Positions 18,238 to 27,454 of a DNA stretch of 64,000 bases are shown here, one piece after another (position 1 is the first letter of the stretch; the number at the start of each line of letters is the position of its first letter). Made by a program: the position numbers and the translations under genes. The stretch is taken from assembly GCA_023150835.1 (NCBI GenBank), contig JAKLKB010000002.1, forward strand, positions 124,001 through 188,000, given 5' to 3'. The stretch is from Myxococcota bacterium. Its GTDB lineage: Bacteria; Myxococcota_C; UBA6777. Under the pieces are notes generated by a model that worked only from the letters and a program-made list of their open reading frames with translations, was not told the origin of the DNA and ran no database searches.

Positions 18238-20148
18238 ATGAGATGGTGGATTCGCGCTTGCGTTCTTGGATGCTTTTGGGTCGTCGCTGCTTGTGGGGGC
18301 GGCGGCAGCAAACGCTCCAATGGAGAACCTTGTACAAATAACGACGAATGTAGCAGTGGCCGTTGTTCGGGATCTTTGGGCAATGCAGGCGTTTGCACTT
18401 CCAGCCAAGGAGGGGGAAACACGGCGAAACCCGGGCAAGTTGGAGCTGCCTGCACAAAAAATTCAGACTGCAAAGAACAACAATGCGCGATCAGCTCGCC
18501 CGGTGGGTATTGCACCGCAACCTGCGGAGGAAACGCACATCTCAGCGCCTGCCCCGAAGGCTCGATCTGCTTTTCCACAGCCTCGGGTGCTTCCAATTGC
18601 CTGTTTGTTTGCCGAAACACCCAAGACTGCCGAGAAGGCTACTTTTGTTATCCGACCTCTTCGACACAAGGCGTCTGCTTTCCCAAATGCCGCGACTCCC
18701 AAGAATGCGCCCCCGGCTTCGTTTGTGACGCAAGCATCGGCGCTTGCATTCGTGGAGGTGAATCCTCGACGGTCTTGGGCAGGATCGGTAGCGCTTGCAA
18801 AGAAAACGCTCATTGTTCGGGAAGCGTCTGCGTCACCCAATGGAGCGATGGATACTGCGCATCCGCTTGTTCAGAACAAAACACCACCTGCCCAACAGGC
18901 GGCACTTGTGTTCGGCTGAGCGAAACGATGCTCGCCTGCCTCGGAAGCTGTCAAGGAAACCAAGATTGCCGACCTGCCTACTTTTGCGCCCCACTCGACC
19001 AAGGTGGCGGAGTCTGTTTACCCCGATGCAACGCTGACTCCGAATGCAGCCAAGGCTATCGCTGCGATGGCTTGTCGGGACAATGTGTGCTCCAACAAGG
19101 CGGCCCTCCTGTTGGCGTCCGCGTCGAACAGAGAGCACTCCCGACCCTGCAACTGTCGGAACAAACAGCCCAAAGCCTTACCGTCGATGTCCCCCAAGGG
19201 GCCATCTCTCTGATGTTGGCCCTTTCGACTGACGCCAATTCGTTCGCCGTTGTCCAACAGATCACGGATCCAAGCGGTCGGATCTTGTTTCGGCTCGGCG
19301 ATACAAGAAGCGCGATGCGGATCGAAGTCCTCGGAAAAGGCGGACAATCCGTTATGATACCCAACTCACCCAACGTCAGTTTGCAAGCGGGAACTTACAC
19401 GTTCCACATCGTAGGAACCGAACAAGCCCAAGCCCAAGCCACCGCACTGATCAAATTCGCCGACGCGACCGCTTCCACAGGAACCATTGATTTGAATCTT
19501 TATTTTGTCGGAACGCCCGGACTCACGGCCTCCACCGCTGAAAAAGATCAAGCCTTCCAAAGCATCCTCGCAAACGCCCGAGCACGTTGGTTAAAGCTAG
19601 GTATTACCATCGGTCAGATCCGCGCTTTTGATGTCCAAGAACCCTTGGCCTCCGAATTATCCATCATCCATTACTCAAAGCTTGGTAACTTATTCTCTCT
19701 CTCACAGGGACAAACCAACAAGGCTCTCAATATGTTCTTTGTTCGCGAAGTCCAAGGCGACCAAGCCGGCTTCACGGTCTTTGGTGTCGCAGGCGGCTTA
19801 CCCGGACCAGCCTTTCTTCACGGCACAAGGCAAAGTGGTGTCGTCGTCAGCACAGAAGGCTACCAACAAGCCATCGAGCGCGTTGGCATGACCTTCGCGC
19901 ACGAAGGAGGTCACTATCTCGGCCTCTACCACACCAGCGAACGCACAGGCACCAGCCACGACCCACTCTACGACACGCCCCAATGTACCGCTGCTTTGGA
20001 CAAAAATGCCGACGGGATCGTCAACGGCGAAGAATGTCTTCAAGCTGGTGCAAACAACCTGATGTTTTGGACCGTAGCTCCGATCACACAAGATCATGTC
20101 ACCCCCAACCAACGCTTTGTCGTGATGATGAATCCCCTGATCAAGTAA
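18238..20148 (+). CDS. Cys-rich lipoprotein with a C-terminal metzincin (M43/pappalysin-like) metallopeptidase domain
   Basis: Signal peptide with lipobox VAAC; many CxxxxxC modules; HEGGHYLGLYH zinc motif; NLM Met-turn. Confidence 0.85.
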   Translation: MRWWIRACVLGCFWVVAACGGGGSKRSNGEPCTNNDECSSGRCSGSLGNAGVCTSSQGGGNTAKPGQVGAACTKNSDCKEQQCAISSPGGYCTATCGGNAHLSACPEGSICFSTASGASNCLFVCRNTQDCREGYFCYPTSSTQGVCFPKCRDSQECAPGFVCDASIGACIRGGESSTVLGRIGSACKENAHCSGSVCVTQWSDGYCASACSEQNTTCPTGGTCVRLSETMLACLGSCQGNQDCRPAYFCAPLDQGGGVCLPRCNADSECSQGYRCDGLSGQCVLQQGGPPVGVRVEQRALPTLQLSEQTAQSLTVDVPQGAISLMLALSTDANSFAVVQQITDPSGRILFRLGDTRSAMRIEVLGKGGQSVMIPNSPNVSLQAGTYTFHIVGTEQAQAQATALIKFADATASTGTIDLNLYFVGTPGLTASTAEKDQAFQSILANARARWLKLGITIGQIRAFDVQEPLASELSIIHYSKLGNLFSLSQGQTNKALNMFFVREVQGDQAGFTVFGVAGGLPGPAFLHGTRQSGVVVSTEGYQQAIERVGMTFAHEGGHYLGLYHTSERTGTSHDPLYDTPQCTAALDKNADGIVNGEECLQAGANNLMFWTVAPITQDHVTPNQRFVVMMNPLIK

Positions 20149-20287
20149 TCGAGTTGTTTTCTGCCCACGACGGCCCGCTGCGCAAGCCCCAACACAGATC
20201 GTAAAACAACATCGCTCATCCCCCAAGAATCCGTTCGTTTCGCAACGTCCCTTTTTCAAAAACGCTGCTCTCATGGAGAACGTTCCG

Positions 20288-20911
20288 ATGAAATATTATA
20301 CGCTCTTCTTTTTGTTCATCCTTTCACTTCGCTCAGCGATTGCGGCTCCCCCCGCATCGCAGCCCTCTCCTCACACAACAAATTCCCACCTGCTCAAGCG
20401 CCTTACCCTGCTTTTGCATCACGACGAACACGTGATCAAAGCGCAGATCCGCCGACTCGATCGGCCAGAAAACTTGATCGCATCCCTCGAACACATCGCC
20501 AACGATCCACAAGTGGCCTTGTTTATCCGAAGCCGAGCCTTGAGTATCGCAACCCTCTTCCCAAAAGAGCCGACTATGCGGCTTTACACGTCACTGATCC
20601 TTGCCTCTCCAACCCATCCCTTTTTGCGCCGAAAAGCCTTGCAAGCGATGGCTTTCGCCTTCAAAGAAAAAGCACTTGCCCCTGCAATCGCTTGCCTCGA
20701 CGCGAAGGATTTTGCACTCCGACGTACCGCCATTGAGATCGCCAGCGTTTATCCTCAACCCAACGTCAAAATCCGCCTCGAACAACAGCTCAAACAAGAA
20801 CCCAATCTCTACCTCCAAAAAAAGCTTCAACGTATCTTGTTGCGCTGGAACCACCCACCACAACGGTCTCTCGTCACTCCGACACGGGTAGCCCCTTCTC
20901 CTTCGCGCTGA
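20288..20911 (+). CDS. Secreted HEAT-repeat-like protein
   Basis: Signal peptide; helical repeats such as 'PFLRRKALQAM' and 'DFALRRTAIEI'. Confidence 0.65.
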   Translation: MKYYTLFFLFILSLRSAIAAPPASQPSPHTTNSHLLKRLTLLLHHDEHVIKAQIRRLDRPENLIASLEHIANDPQVALFIRSRALSIATLFPKEPTMRLYTSLILASPTHPFLRRKALQAMAFAFKEKALAPAIACLDAKDFALRRTAIEIASVYPQPNVKIRLEQQLKQEPNLYLQKKLQRILLRWNHPPQRSLVTPTRVAPSPSR

Positions 20912-20944
20912 ATCCTAACCAAGACACACCCATCAGGGCCTCCG

Positions 20945-22021
20945 ATGACCAAGGATCTCCCGAATCACTCGAACTCGAATCCCGAAAATCGCCCAAAAAC
21001 ACCGACACGTCGGTCTTTTTCGATCGAAGACTACATCGCAGGTATCCGCCAAGCAGATCGGGCGATCCTTGGTCGGGCGATCTCGCTGATCGAAAGCAAC
21101 CGACCCGACCACCGCGAACAAGCCCAATCGCTGCTGTTGGCGCTATTGCCAGAAACGGGTCGCGCCCATCGCATCGGGATATCGGGGATCCCGGGCGTCG
21201 GCAAAAGCACCTTCATTGAGTCCTTTGGCAGTATGCTGACAAAAGAACACCGCGTCGCAGTGCTTGCGATCGATCCATCAAGCAGCGTCAGTCACGGATC
21301 GATCTTGGGCGACAAGACGCGGATGCAACATCTGGCGTCCGATCCGCGTGCGTTCATTCGCCCATCACCGAGTAGCGGGTCTTTTGGTGGTGTCACACGC
21401 AAAACTCGCGAGACCATCTTGCTTTGTGAAGCCGCAGGATTTGATATCGTGATCGTTGAGACCGTAGGCGTCGGACAATCCGAGGCGATCGTTGCAGAGA
21501 TGGTCGATAGCTTTTTGGTGCTGATGTTGGCGGGTGCTGGCGATGAACTCCAAGGCATCAAACGCGGTATCCTTGAAGTCGCCGATATCTTGGCCGTCAA
21601 CAAAGCCGATGGGGACAATAAGCCTCTCGCCGAACGCGCACAGCGCGAATACACCAACGCTCTCCGCTTGATGCGCCCGACCTCTCCTTCATGGAAACCC
21701 CCCGTCCTCGCTTGTTCGAGCATCGACGGAGCGGGCCTCTCGGCGATCTGGGAACAGCTACAACAACACCGCCAAACGCTCGAATCCACAGGTGAGATGG
21801 CGCAAAAACGCGCCCAACAGCAACTGCGCTGGATGTGGCGGATGGTCGAAGATCAACTGCTCTACACACTCCATCATCTCCCCGCCCTGCGTACCGTCCT
21901 CCCCACACTCCAAGCCCAAGTCCAAACCGCTTCGATCACACCCACCCTCGCAGCAGAAAAAATCTTGCAAATCTTTCTCTCCACCCTCGCAACATCCCCC
22001 GAATCTCTTGCGGGCACCTGA
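20945..22021 (+). CDS. meaB: Methylmalonyl-CoA mutase-associated GTPase MeaB/ArgK
   Basis: GIPGVGKST, AIDPSS, GSILGDKTRM, VETVGVGQSE, NKAD. Confidence 0.97.
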   Translation: MTKDLPNHSNSNPENRPKTPTRRSFSIEDYIAGIRQADRAILGRAISLIESNRPDHREQAQSLLLALLPETGRAHRIGISGIPGVGKSTFIESFGSMLTKEHRVAVLAIDPSSSVSHGSILGDKTRMQHLASDPRAFIRPSPSSGSFGGVTRKTRETILLCEAAGFDIVIVETVGVGQSEAIVAEMVDSFLVLMLAGAGDELQGIKRGILEVADILAVNKADGDNKPLAERAQREYTNALRLMRPTSPSWKPPVLACSSIDGAGLSAIWEQLQQHRQTLESTGEMAQKRAQQQLRWMWRMVEDQLLYTLHHLPALRTVLPTLQAQVQTASITPTLAAEKILQIFLSTLATSPESLAGT

Positions 22022-22041
22022 CCGGGTGGCAAGATCAAAGG

Positions 22042-22704
22042 TCAAGCGGCGTGGTTGTGGTGAAGTCCTTCTTTTCGATAAAGTAGATACGAATAGACCA
22101 CAGGTAGAAGAGAGCCGACCAAGATCAACGCGATCGCCACAAAAAATCCGACTTGGCCTGTCACGAACAAACCCAAGAGCATGGTCAACAGCCCAGCCAG
22201 TCCCATCGACCACGCCGCGAAACGGTGGGTCTTTTCCCAAACGACATCGCTCGAAAGCGTCCATGGAGTGCGGATCCCCGCAAAGAAATTCGAGCGAAGC
22301 ATCGGCATCACCGCACCGATGCACAAAAACAACCCACCGAGCAAGAGCATCATCCATTGCGAAGAAAGGTGCATCTTGGGCGACATTGCCGCCTGCAAGG
22401 ACATCAGATGGAGCGCCAAAAAGAACCCATTCATCGCGATCATGATCACTTCGATGGCTTTCATAGAGGCTTCGATGTTGGTTTTGCGCGGATCAAGTCG
22501 CAACAGAAACGCCACCAACAGCGACAAGCCTAACCCCACCCAAGGCAACAACAACGCGCCGATCCACTTGGAAGCAAAGTTATCCGGCACACCCGCAGCA
22601 TTCCAATGGATCGGATAGCGCTCAGGCAACGTCCCCCAAAAGTACCAAGAAGCCAACATCCCCACTCCCAACAACACCACAGAGACCCCGATTGCGCGTT
22701 TCAT
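22042..22704 (-). CDS. SdpI family membrane protein (DUF1648 + SdpI)
   Basis: LPERYPIHWNAAGVPD, NFFAGIRTPWTLSS.VWEKTHR; about 6 TM helices. Confidence 0.9.
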   Translation of the reverse strand: MKRAIGVSVVLLGVGMLASWYFWGTLPERYPIHWNAAGVPDNFASKWIGALLLPWVGLGLSLLVAFLLRLDPRKTNIEASMKAIEVIMIAMNGFFLALHLMSLQAAMSPKMHLSSQWMMLLLGGLFLCIGAVMPMLRSNFFAGIRTPWTLSSDVVWEKTHRFAAWSMGLAGLLTMLLGLFVTGQVGFFVAIALILVGSLLPVVYSYLLYRKEGLHHNHAA

Positions 22705-22832
22705 GGCTCGCTCCTTTTTGCGTACAAAAGATCACGCCGATGCCACCGAAAAAATGGCTGGCAACCGACCACGCGGATCACATCCCATCGATCCACCTGT
22801 TTTCGATCTTTCCCTACGCGTCTGCTCAAAAC

Positions 22833-23939
22833 TTATTCCCCTGCTTTTTCAGAAGAAAGTTTCGCAAGCAGATCGGGGAGGGCGGTGAGTAGGCGTTGGG
22901 CGATCAGACGGGCTTCGTCGCGTTGGGCGACGGTGAGGTCGGCAAAGGGTTGATCTTGTTGGGTGAGTTTGAGGCACTGGCGCAAGTGTCGGAGGGCGGG
23001 GGGTATTTTTTCGGGGGAGGCGGAAAGAGCGGCTTTGGGCCGAGCAGGAGCGCGGGGGATATCCTCGATCGAAAAAGCGGAAGCGTCTTGGAGAGACGCA
23101 TCGGGGGGGAGCGGAGCGTAAAAATCCTTGTATTGTTCGGGGATATCTTGTCGATCCTCATCGATGTATTCGGAATCATCGAGATCTGTGTTCTCTTCGC
23201 CATGTGCATGGGAGGCAGAAGATCGAAACAGGGAGAGGTTGGGATCGCAGCGAGAAGGGACAAGCAGATCGCGAGCATCCATCACTCCCTTGCGATCGAG
23301 CTTTCCGTCGATGACTTCGAGCAGAAGTTGAGCGCGGATGGCAGGATCTTCGATCCGAGAGAGTTCTTCGGCGGTGCGAACAGGGAGATCGTAGAGGCGA
23401 ACAGCTTCTTCGATATCGGGATAACGCAACAGCGAGAGCAGCGAACTGACATAACTTTTGCTTTTTGCGACGCGGCGGCCTATCTCGCGCACGCTGTAGT
23501 GAAACTGATCACGCAAACGTGCGAAGGCTTGGGCTTCTTCGATGGGATGAAGGTCTTCGCGTTGCAAGTTTTCGGTGAGTGCGATCTCCATCATGGCCTG
23601 ATCAGGGAGATCTTGAACCATCACAGGGAGACGTTGAAGCCCCGCCATGATCGCCGCTCGCAGGCGGCGTTCGCCAAAAGCCAACTCAAAGTACGCTCCC
23701 TTTGGGCGAACCAACAGGTGTCCAAAGAAGCCGTGTATCTGGATGGATTGAGCCAACTCTTCGAGGGCGGCTTCAAGGAAGCCTTCGCGGGGTTGGTAGG
23801 GGTTGGGCAGCAGGCGATTGATCTCGATATCTTCGATGTGTGGGGGGAGATCGTCTTTTTGAAAACGCGACAACAGGTTGAGGTGAGAGAGGGTTTCTTG
23901 GGCTTTTTGTACCGTAATTCGGGCGCGTTTACGCGACAT
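22833..23939 (-). CDS. parB: ParB/Spo0J family protein with an extended acidic C-terminal region
   Basis: PNPYQPR, GERRLRA CTPase box, ENLQREDL, HTH; basic N-terminal MSRKRAR. Confidence 0.9.
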   Translation of the reverse strand: MSRKRARITVQKAQETLSHLNLLSRFQKDDLPPHIEDIEINRLLPNPYQPREGFLEAALEELAQSIQIHGFFGHLLVRPKGAYFELAFGERRLRAAIMAGLQRLPVMVQDLPDQAMMEIALTENLQREDLHPIEEAQAFARLRDQFHYSVREIGRRVAKSKSYVSSLLSLLRYPDIEEAVRLYDLPVRTAEELSRIEDPAIRAQLLLEVIDGKLDRKGVMDARDLLVPSRCDPNLSLFRSSASHAHGEENTDLDDSEYIDEDRQDIPEQYKDFYAPLPPDASLQDASAFSIEDIPRAPARPKAALSASPEKIPPALRHLRQCLKLTQQDQPFADLTVAQRDEARLIAQRLLTALPDLLAKLSSEKAGE

Positions 23940-24831
23940 CGTCTTTCTTCCTAAGAGCGGCGACCTCAGGCGGGGGCGCAAGCCGCAGACCTTCCGATTG
24001 GATCAGCTCGCGGGCAACCGCACGATAAGCATCTGCAACATTGGAGGTTTTTGCGTAGGTCAGGATGCTTTCGCCCACGACGGGAGCTTCTTTTAAGCGC
24101 ACATTGAAGTGAATGATCGGCTCAAACACATGCACTTGATTGCTGAGGGCTTGCTTGGTGGATTCGATCACTTCGCGGTTGTGCAACGTACGCAAGTCAG
24201 CCATCGTGATCAAGACGCCACCGACGATCAGGTTGTAATTCACTTTTCGTTTGATCATCGAGATGGTTTGCATCAGCAGATCCATCCCTTTCATCGCGAG
24301 ATAATCGGCTTGTAGCGGGATGATCACTTCGTGACAAGCCGAGAGCGCGTTGATCGTCAACAGCCCGAGGTTGGGGGGGCAATCGATCAAGATGTAATCA
24401 AACAGCCCGCTCATCGGCTGCAACGCTTCGCGTAGCACCAACTCGCCCATCGTTGCACGCGCCAACTCCAGTTCAGCCCCTGCGAGTTCGATATTGGCTG
24501 CTGCCAGCACCACGCCGCTTTCGGTCATCAACAAGATATCGCGCAGCGGCACCGCGTCATCTTCGCGGATGGTGCTGGTCAAAACATGAAACATACTGTG
24601 TTGCAGGCTGTCTGCATCCAAGCCCATGGAAGTACTCAGCGAGCCTTGCGGATCAAGGTCGATCGCCAAAACATCCCGCCCCATCTCGCGCAGCGCTGCC
24701 GCAAGATTGAACGTGGTTGTCGTCTTTCCAACACCGCCTTTTTGGTTCACCACGCAAAAGATGCGCGTCCGTTTGGCTTCGGGTTCTTTGCTCGCTGTCT
24801 TTCGCCGCTGCGCTTTCGCCATCTCCGCCAC
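23929..24831 (-). CDS. parA: ParA/Soj family ATPase
   Basis: NQKGGVGKTTT deviant Walker A, DLDPQG, IDCPP. Confidence 0.93.
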   Translation of the reverse strand: MAEMAKAQRRKTASKEPEAKRTRIFCVVNQKGGVGKTTTTFNLAAALREMGRDVLAIDLDPQGSLSTSMGLDADSLQHSMFHVLTSTIREDDAVPLRDILLMTESGVVLAAANIELAGAELELARATMGELVLREALQPMSGLFDYILIDCPPNLGLLTINALSACHEVIIPLQADYLAMKGMDLLMQTISMIKRKVNYNLIVGGVLITMADLRTLHNREVIESTKQALSNQVHVFEPIIHFNVRLKEAPVVGESILTYAKTSNVADAYRAVARELIQSEGLRLAPPPEVAALRKKDDVA

Positions 24832-25072
24832 CTACACGACATCCCCGAGGCATGGGGGTTTTCGCCTATATTGCTCGTGTTTCCTCGCTCGGACACACCG
24901 CGTCATCCTTCGATGGTGATGCCTTGAATCACCCGTGCTGTCAAGCCTTTTCGCATGATATTCTCGATCTTTGTTCAGTCGATCGTTTCCCTTGAGGCCC
25001 TTTCTTTCGATCGACTTTTCAGCGCGAAGTCCCCTCTTCAGAGAAAAAAGGACATACAGTCCCTCTCTCTGG

Positions 25073-26941
25073 TCATACTTCCAACCGATGTTCGGCAAGA
25101 TAACGCCCCAAAGCAAAAAGACACCAAGGCCTCGACCAGCGCACTCGTTCAGGAGAACGCAGAAAAGTCTCCCAGAGTTCAAGCAACGGCTTTTCCTGAA
25201 ACAGCGGGCAGAGCGTGGGAAGCGCTCGAAGGGTTTCCGCGATCGTTGCTTTCAGCTCATTTTGCATCCAATGGTGAAAAGGCAAGGTGAACCCCATTTT
25301 GGGGCGCTTTGCGAGATCTTCGGGCAGGACGCCTTGAAGAGCTTGGAGAAAGCGCCACTTGGGATGAGGGCGATCTTGTCGGGCTTGGGGTTCGAGGGCC
25401 AAGCAAAGGTCGGAAAAAGCGGTGTCCAGAAAAGGCACACGGATCTCAAGGCTGTGCGCCATGCCCATCGCATCCGTATCGCGAAGCAGCGTTTGGCCCA
25501 TGTACACGTTCGCTTCGTACAACAAGATCCGATCCTCGGTATTTCTGCCAACGAAAAGTTCTTCGAGTTCTTGATATCGTTGTCTCGGCAGTCCATCGAT
25601 CATCCGTTCGGATCGAAGGGATGGGGCGATCCGTTGGATTTGTTGAAAAGAAAAAAGACGCCTTTGCGCAAGACAAGAAGACAAGAAAGACGGGCGGTTA
25701 TGGAAAAGCTGATCGAGTTTCCCCATCCGCGCCGAAAAAGGCTCCATCCAAAAGAGTGCGTTTTCTAAGAAAGAAGGCACAAACCGGGTCGCATTTTGGA
25801 GAGCGCCAAACGCTTGGATTCGTTTGGCGGCCCGATACCCGCCAAACAATTCATCTCCCCCCAGTCCTGAAAGCGCGACCTTAAAACCCGCTTGTTTGGC
25901 GGCTTCTGATACGACGTACGTATTGATGCCGTCAGATGTTGGTTGATCCATCGCAAGCAAAGCAGCTTCCAAGACGCCCAACATCCGAGACCCCGTCAAA
26001 GCGATCTCTTGGTGGTGTGTACCGAACTGCGCAGCGATCTGCCGTGCAGCTTGGGACTCGGACATGGATGTCTGCTCTGGAAACACCACAGAAAGCGTAT
26101 GAATCTTGCCGTTGTGGCACCGTGTGGCCGCAGCAGCGATCGCGGTAGAATCCACGCCCCCCGAAAGAAAAACTCCCAACGGAACATCGCTGATCAGATG
26201 GCGCTCAACGGATTGAAAAAACGTCTCACGAAGCTCGATAGGCGAGATCGTCCGTTTTTCTCGACTGGGCCACCAGTAAGATCGTGCGGTGATCGGCTGA
26301 TGTGGTGCCCAACGCAGGGCACTGTGCGCGGGAAACATCGACACATCACGCAACAGCGTATTTGGTTCTTGGACTGAACCAAATGCTAAATAACTGGACA
26401 GGCCCATCGGATCGATGTTTCGAGAGATCAGGCCCGACGACAAAAGAGCCCGAATCTCCGAAGAAAACACAAGGCAACCTTCTGTCTGCGCGATGTACAG
26501 CGGCTTTTGACCAAAACGGTCCCGTGCAAGGAGAATTTGGCCTTCTTGTTCGTCCCACAGCGCAAAGGCGAACATTCCGTTGATTTGCGGGAGGATCCCT
26601 TCTCCATAGCGTTGCAACAAGCGCATCAACACTTCGGTGTCACCGCTTGAGTGAAGCCCTTCAAGATCCACCTTGTATTTTTCGCGCAAAAACAGGTAGT
26701 TATAACATTCTCCGTTGTACACAAACGCCCAACGTCGGGTAGGATCAAGCATGGGTTGCTCTGCGGCTTCGGAAAGATCCAAGATCGCCAATCTTCGGTG
26801 ACCGAGCACACAGCGGCCCGATGGAGAGACATAGATCTCCCCACCATCAGGGCCTCGATGAAGCATCGCAGCCATCATTTTTCGTACAGCATCGACGTAT
26901 CGTCCCGCATGAGGCCCAACCAATCCAGCTATACCGCACAT
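25073..26941 (-). CDS. asnB: Asparagine synthase (glutamine-hydrolysing) family amidotransferase
   Basis: N-terminal MCGIAG (Ntn Cys), HRGPD, HRRLAILDL, LSGGVDS, SGLGGDELFGGY, EIRVPFLD. Confidence 0.92.
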   Translation of the reverse strand: MCGIAGLVGPHAGRYVDAVRKMMAAMLHRGPDGGEIYVSPSGRCVLGHRRLAILDLSEAAEQPMLDPTRRWAFVYNGECYNYLFLREKYKVDLEGLHSSGDTEVLMRLLQRYGEGILPQINGMFAFALWDEQEGQILLARDRFGQKPLYIAQTEGCLVFSSEIRALLSSGLISRNIDPMGLSSYLAFGSVQEPNTLLRDVSMFPAHSALRWAPHQPITARSYWWPSREKRTISPIELRETFFQSVERHLISDVPLGVFLSGGVDSTAIAAAATRCHNGKIHTLSVVFPEQTSMSESQAARQIAAQFGTHHQEIALTGSRMLGVLEAALLAMDQPTSDGINTYVVSEAAKQAGFKVALSGLGGDELFGGYRAAKRIQAFGALQNATRFVPSFLENALFWMEPFSARMGKLDQLFHNRPSFLSSCLAQRRLFSFQQIQRIAPSLRSERMIDGLPRQRYQELEELFVGRNTEDRILLYEANVYMGQTLLRDTDAMGMAHSLEIRVPFLDTAFSDLCLALEPQARQDRPHPKWRFLQALQGVLPEDLAKRPKMGFTLPFHHWMQNELKATIAETLRALPTLCPLFQEKPLLELWETFLRSPERVRWSRPWCLFALGRYLAEHRLEV

Positions 26942-27102
26942 CGAATCGATTCCACCTTTCTCGCCTAGGAATGTACCCAGCACAACCAAAACAATTCGTT
27001 TGCTACAGCACAAACCGATCTACGCGAAGATCTGAACGGAGACAACCCCAAAACAACAAGAATGCGGTGTATGCGCGCCCTTCTTCTGCACGTGGTCAGG
27101 GA

Positions 27103-27213
27103 GGGGAACAGCGCCTTGATGCGTTGTTGCTTCGTGCTTGCCCGCTCATGCCGCAAGCGTCCGAGTTTTGGCCGGGGAACAACGCCTTGATGCGTTGTTG
27201 CTTCGTGCTTGCC
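27103..27213. repeat. 40-bp hairpin-containing direct repeats (1 mismatch) separated by a 31-bp spacer
   Basis: GGGGAACA(G/A)CGCCTTGATGCGTTGTTGCTTCGTGCTTGCC at 27103-27142 and 27174-27213. Confidence 0.92.
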
Positions 27214-27454
27214 TTTCAGAAGGCAGCGGTTGTATGTGTGAAGGGTTCCCCCCTTCGCGGAATTTTGGGTATGGCAACCTGCTCCATCACACAAACCAAC
27301 AGCGTAACTTCCGTCCAAAAAGAAATGCAGCTCTATCCAAACGAAATAAACCTCGATTCAACAAACAAAGAACAAGAATCACATCCATTCCGGCCTTTTC
27401 GCAAAAGGCGCAAACAACGTTCGAGAAAATATCGAATGATGCGGAGACACAAAG

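Noticed and set aside
24832-25072. parS site near parAB
   Set aside because: No TGTTTCACGTGAAACA-like palindrome seen; only a short AGTCGATCG/CGATCGACT inverted repeat of unclear meaning.
25073-26941. Lasso-peptide cyclase
   Set aside because: It retains the N-terminal Cys glutaminase domain, and no precursor, RRE or B2 protease gene is nearby.
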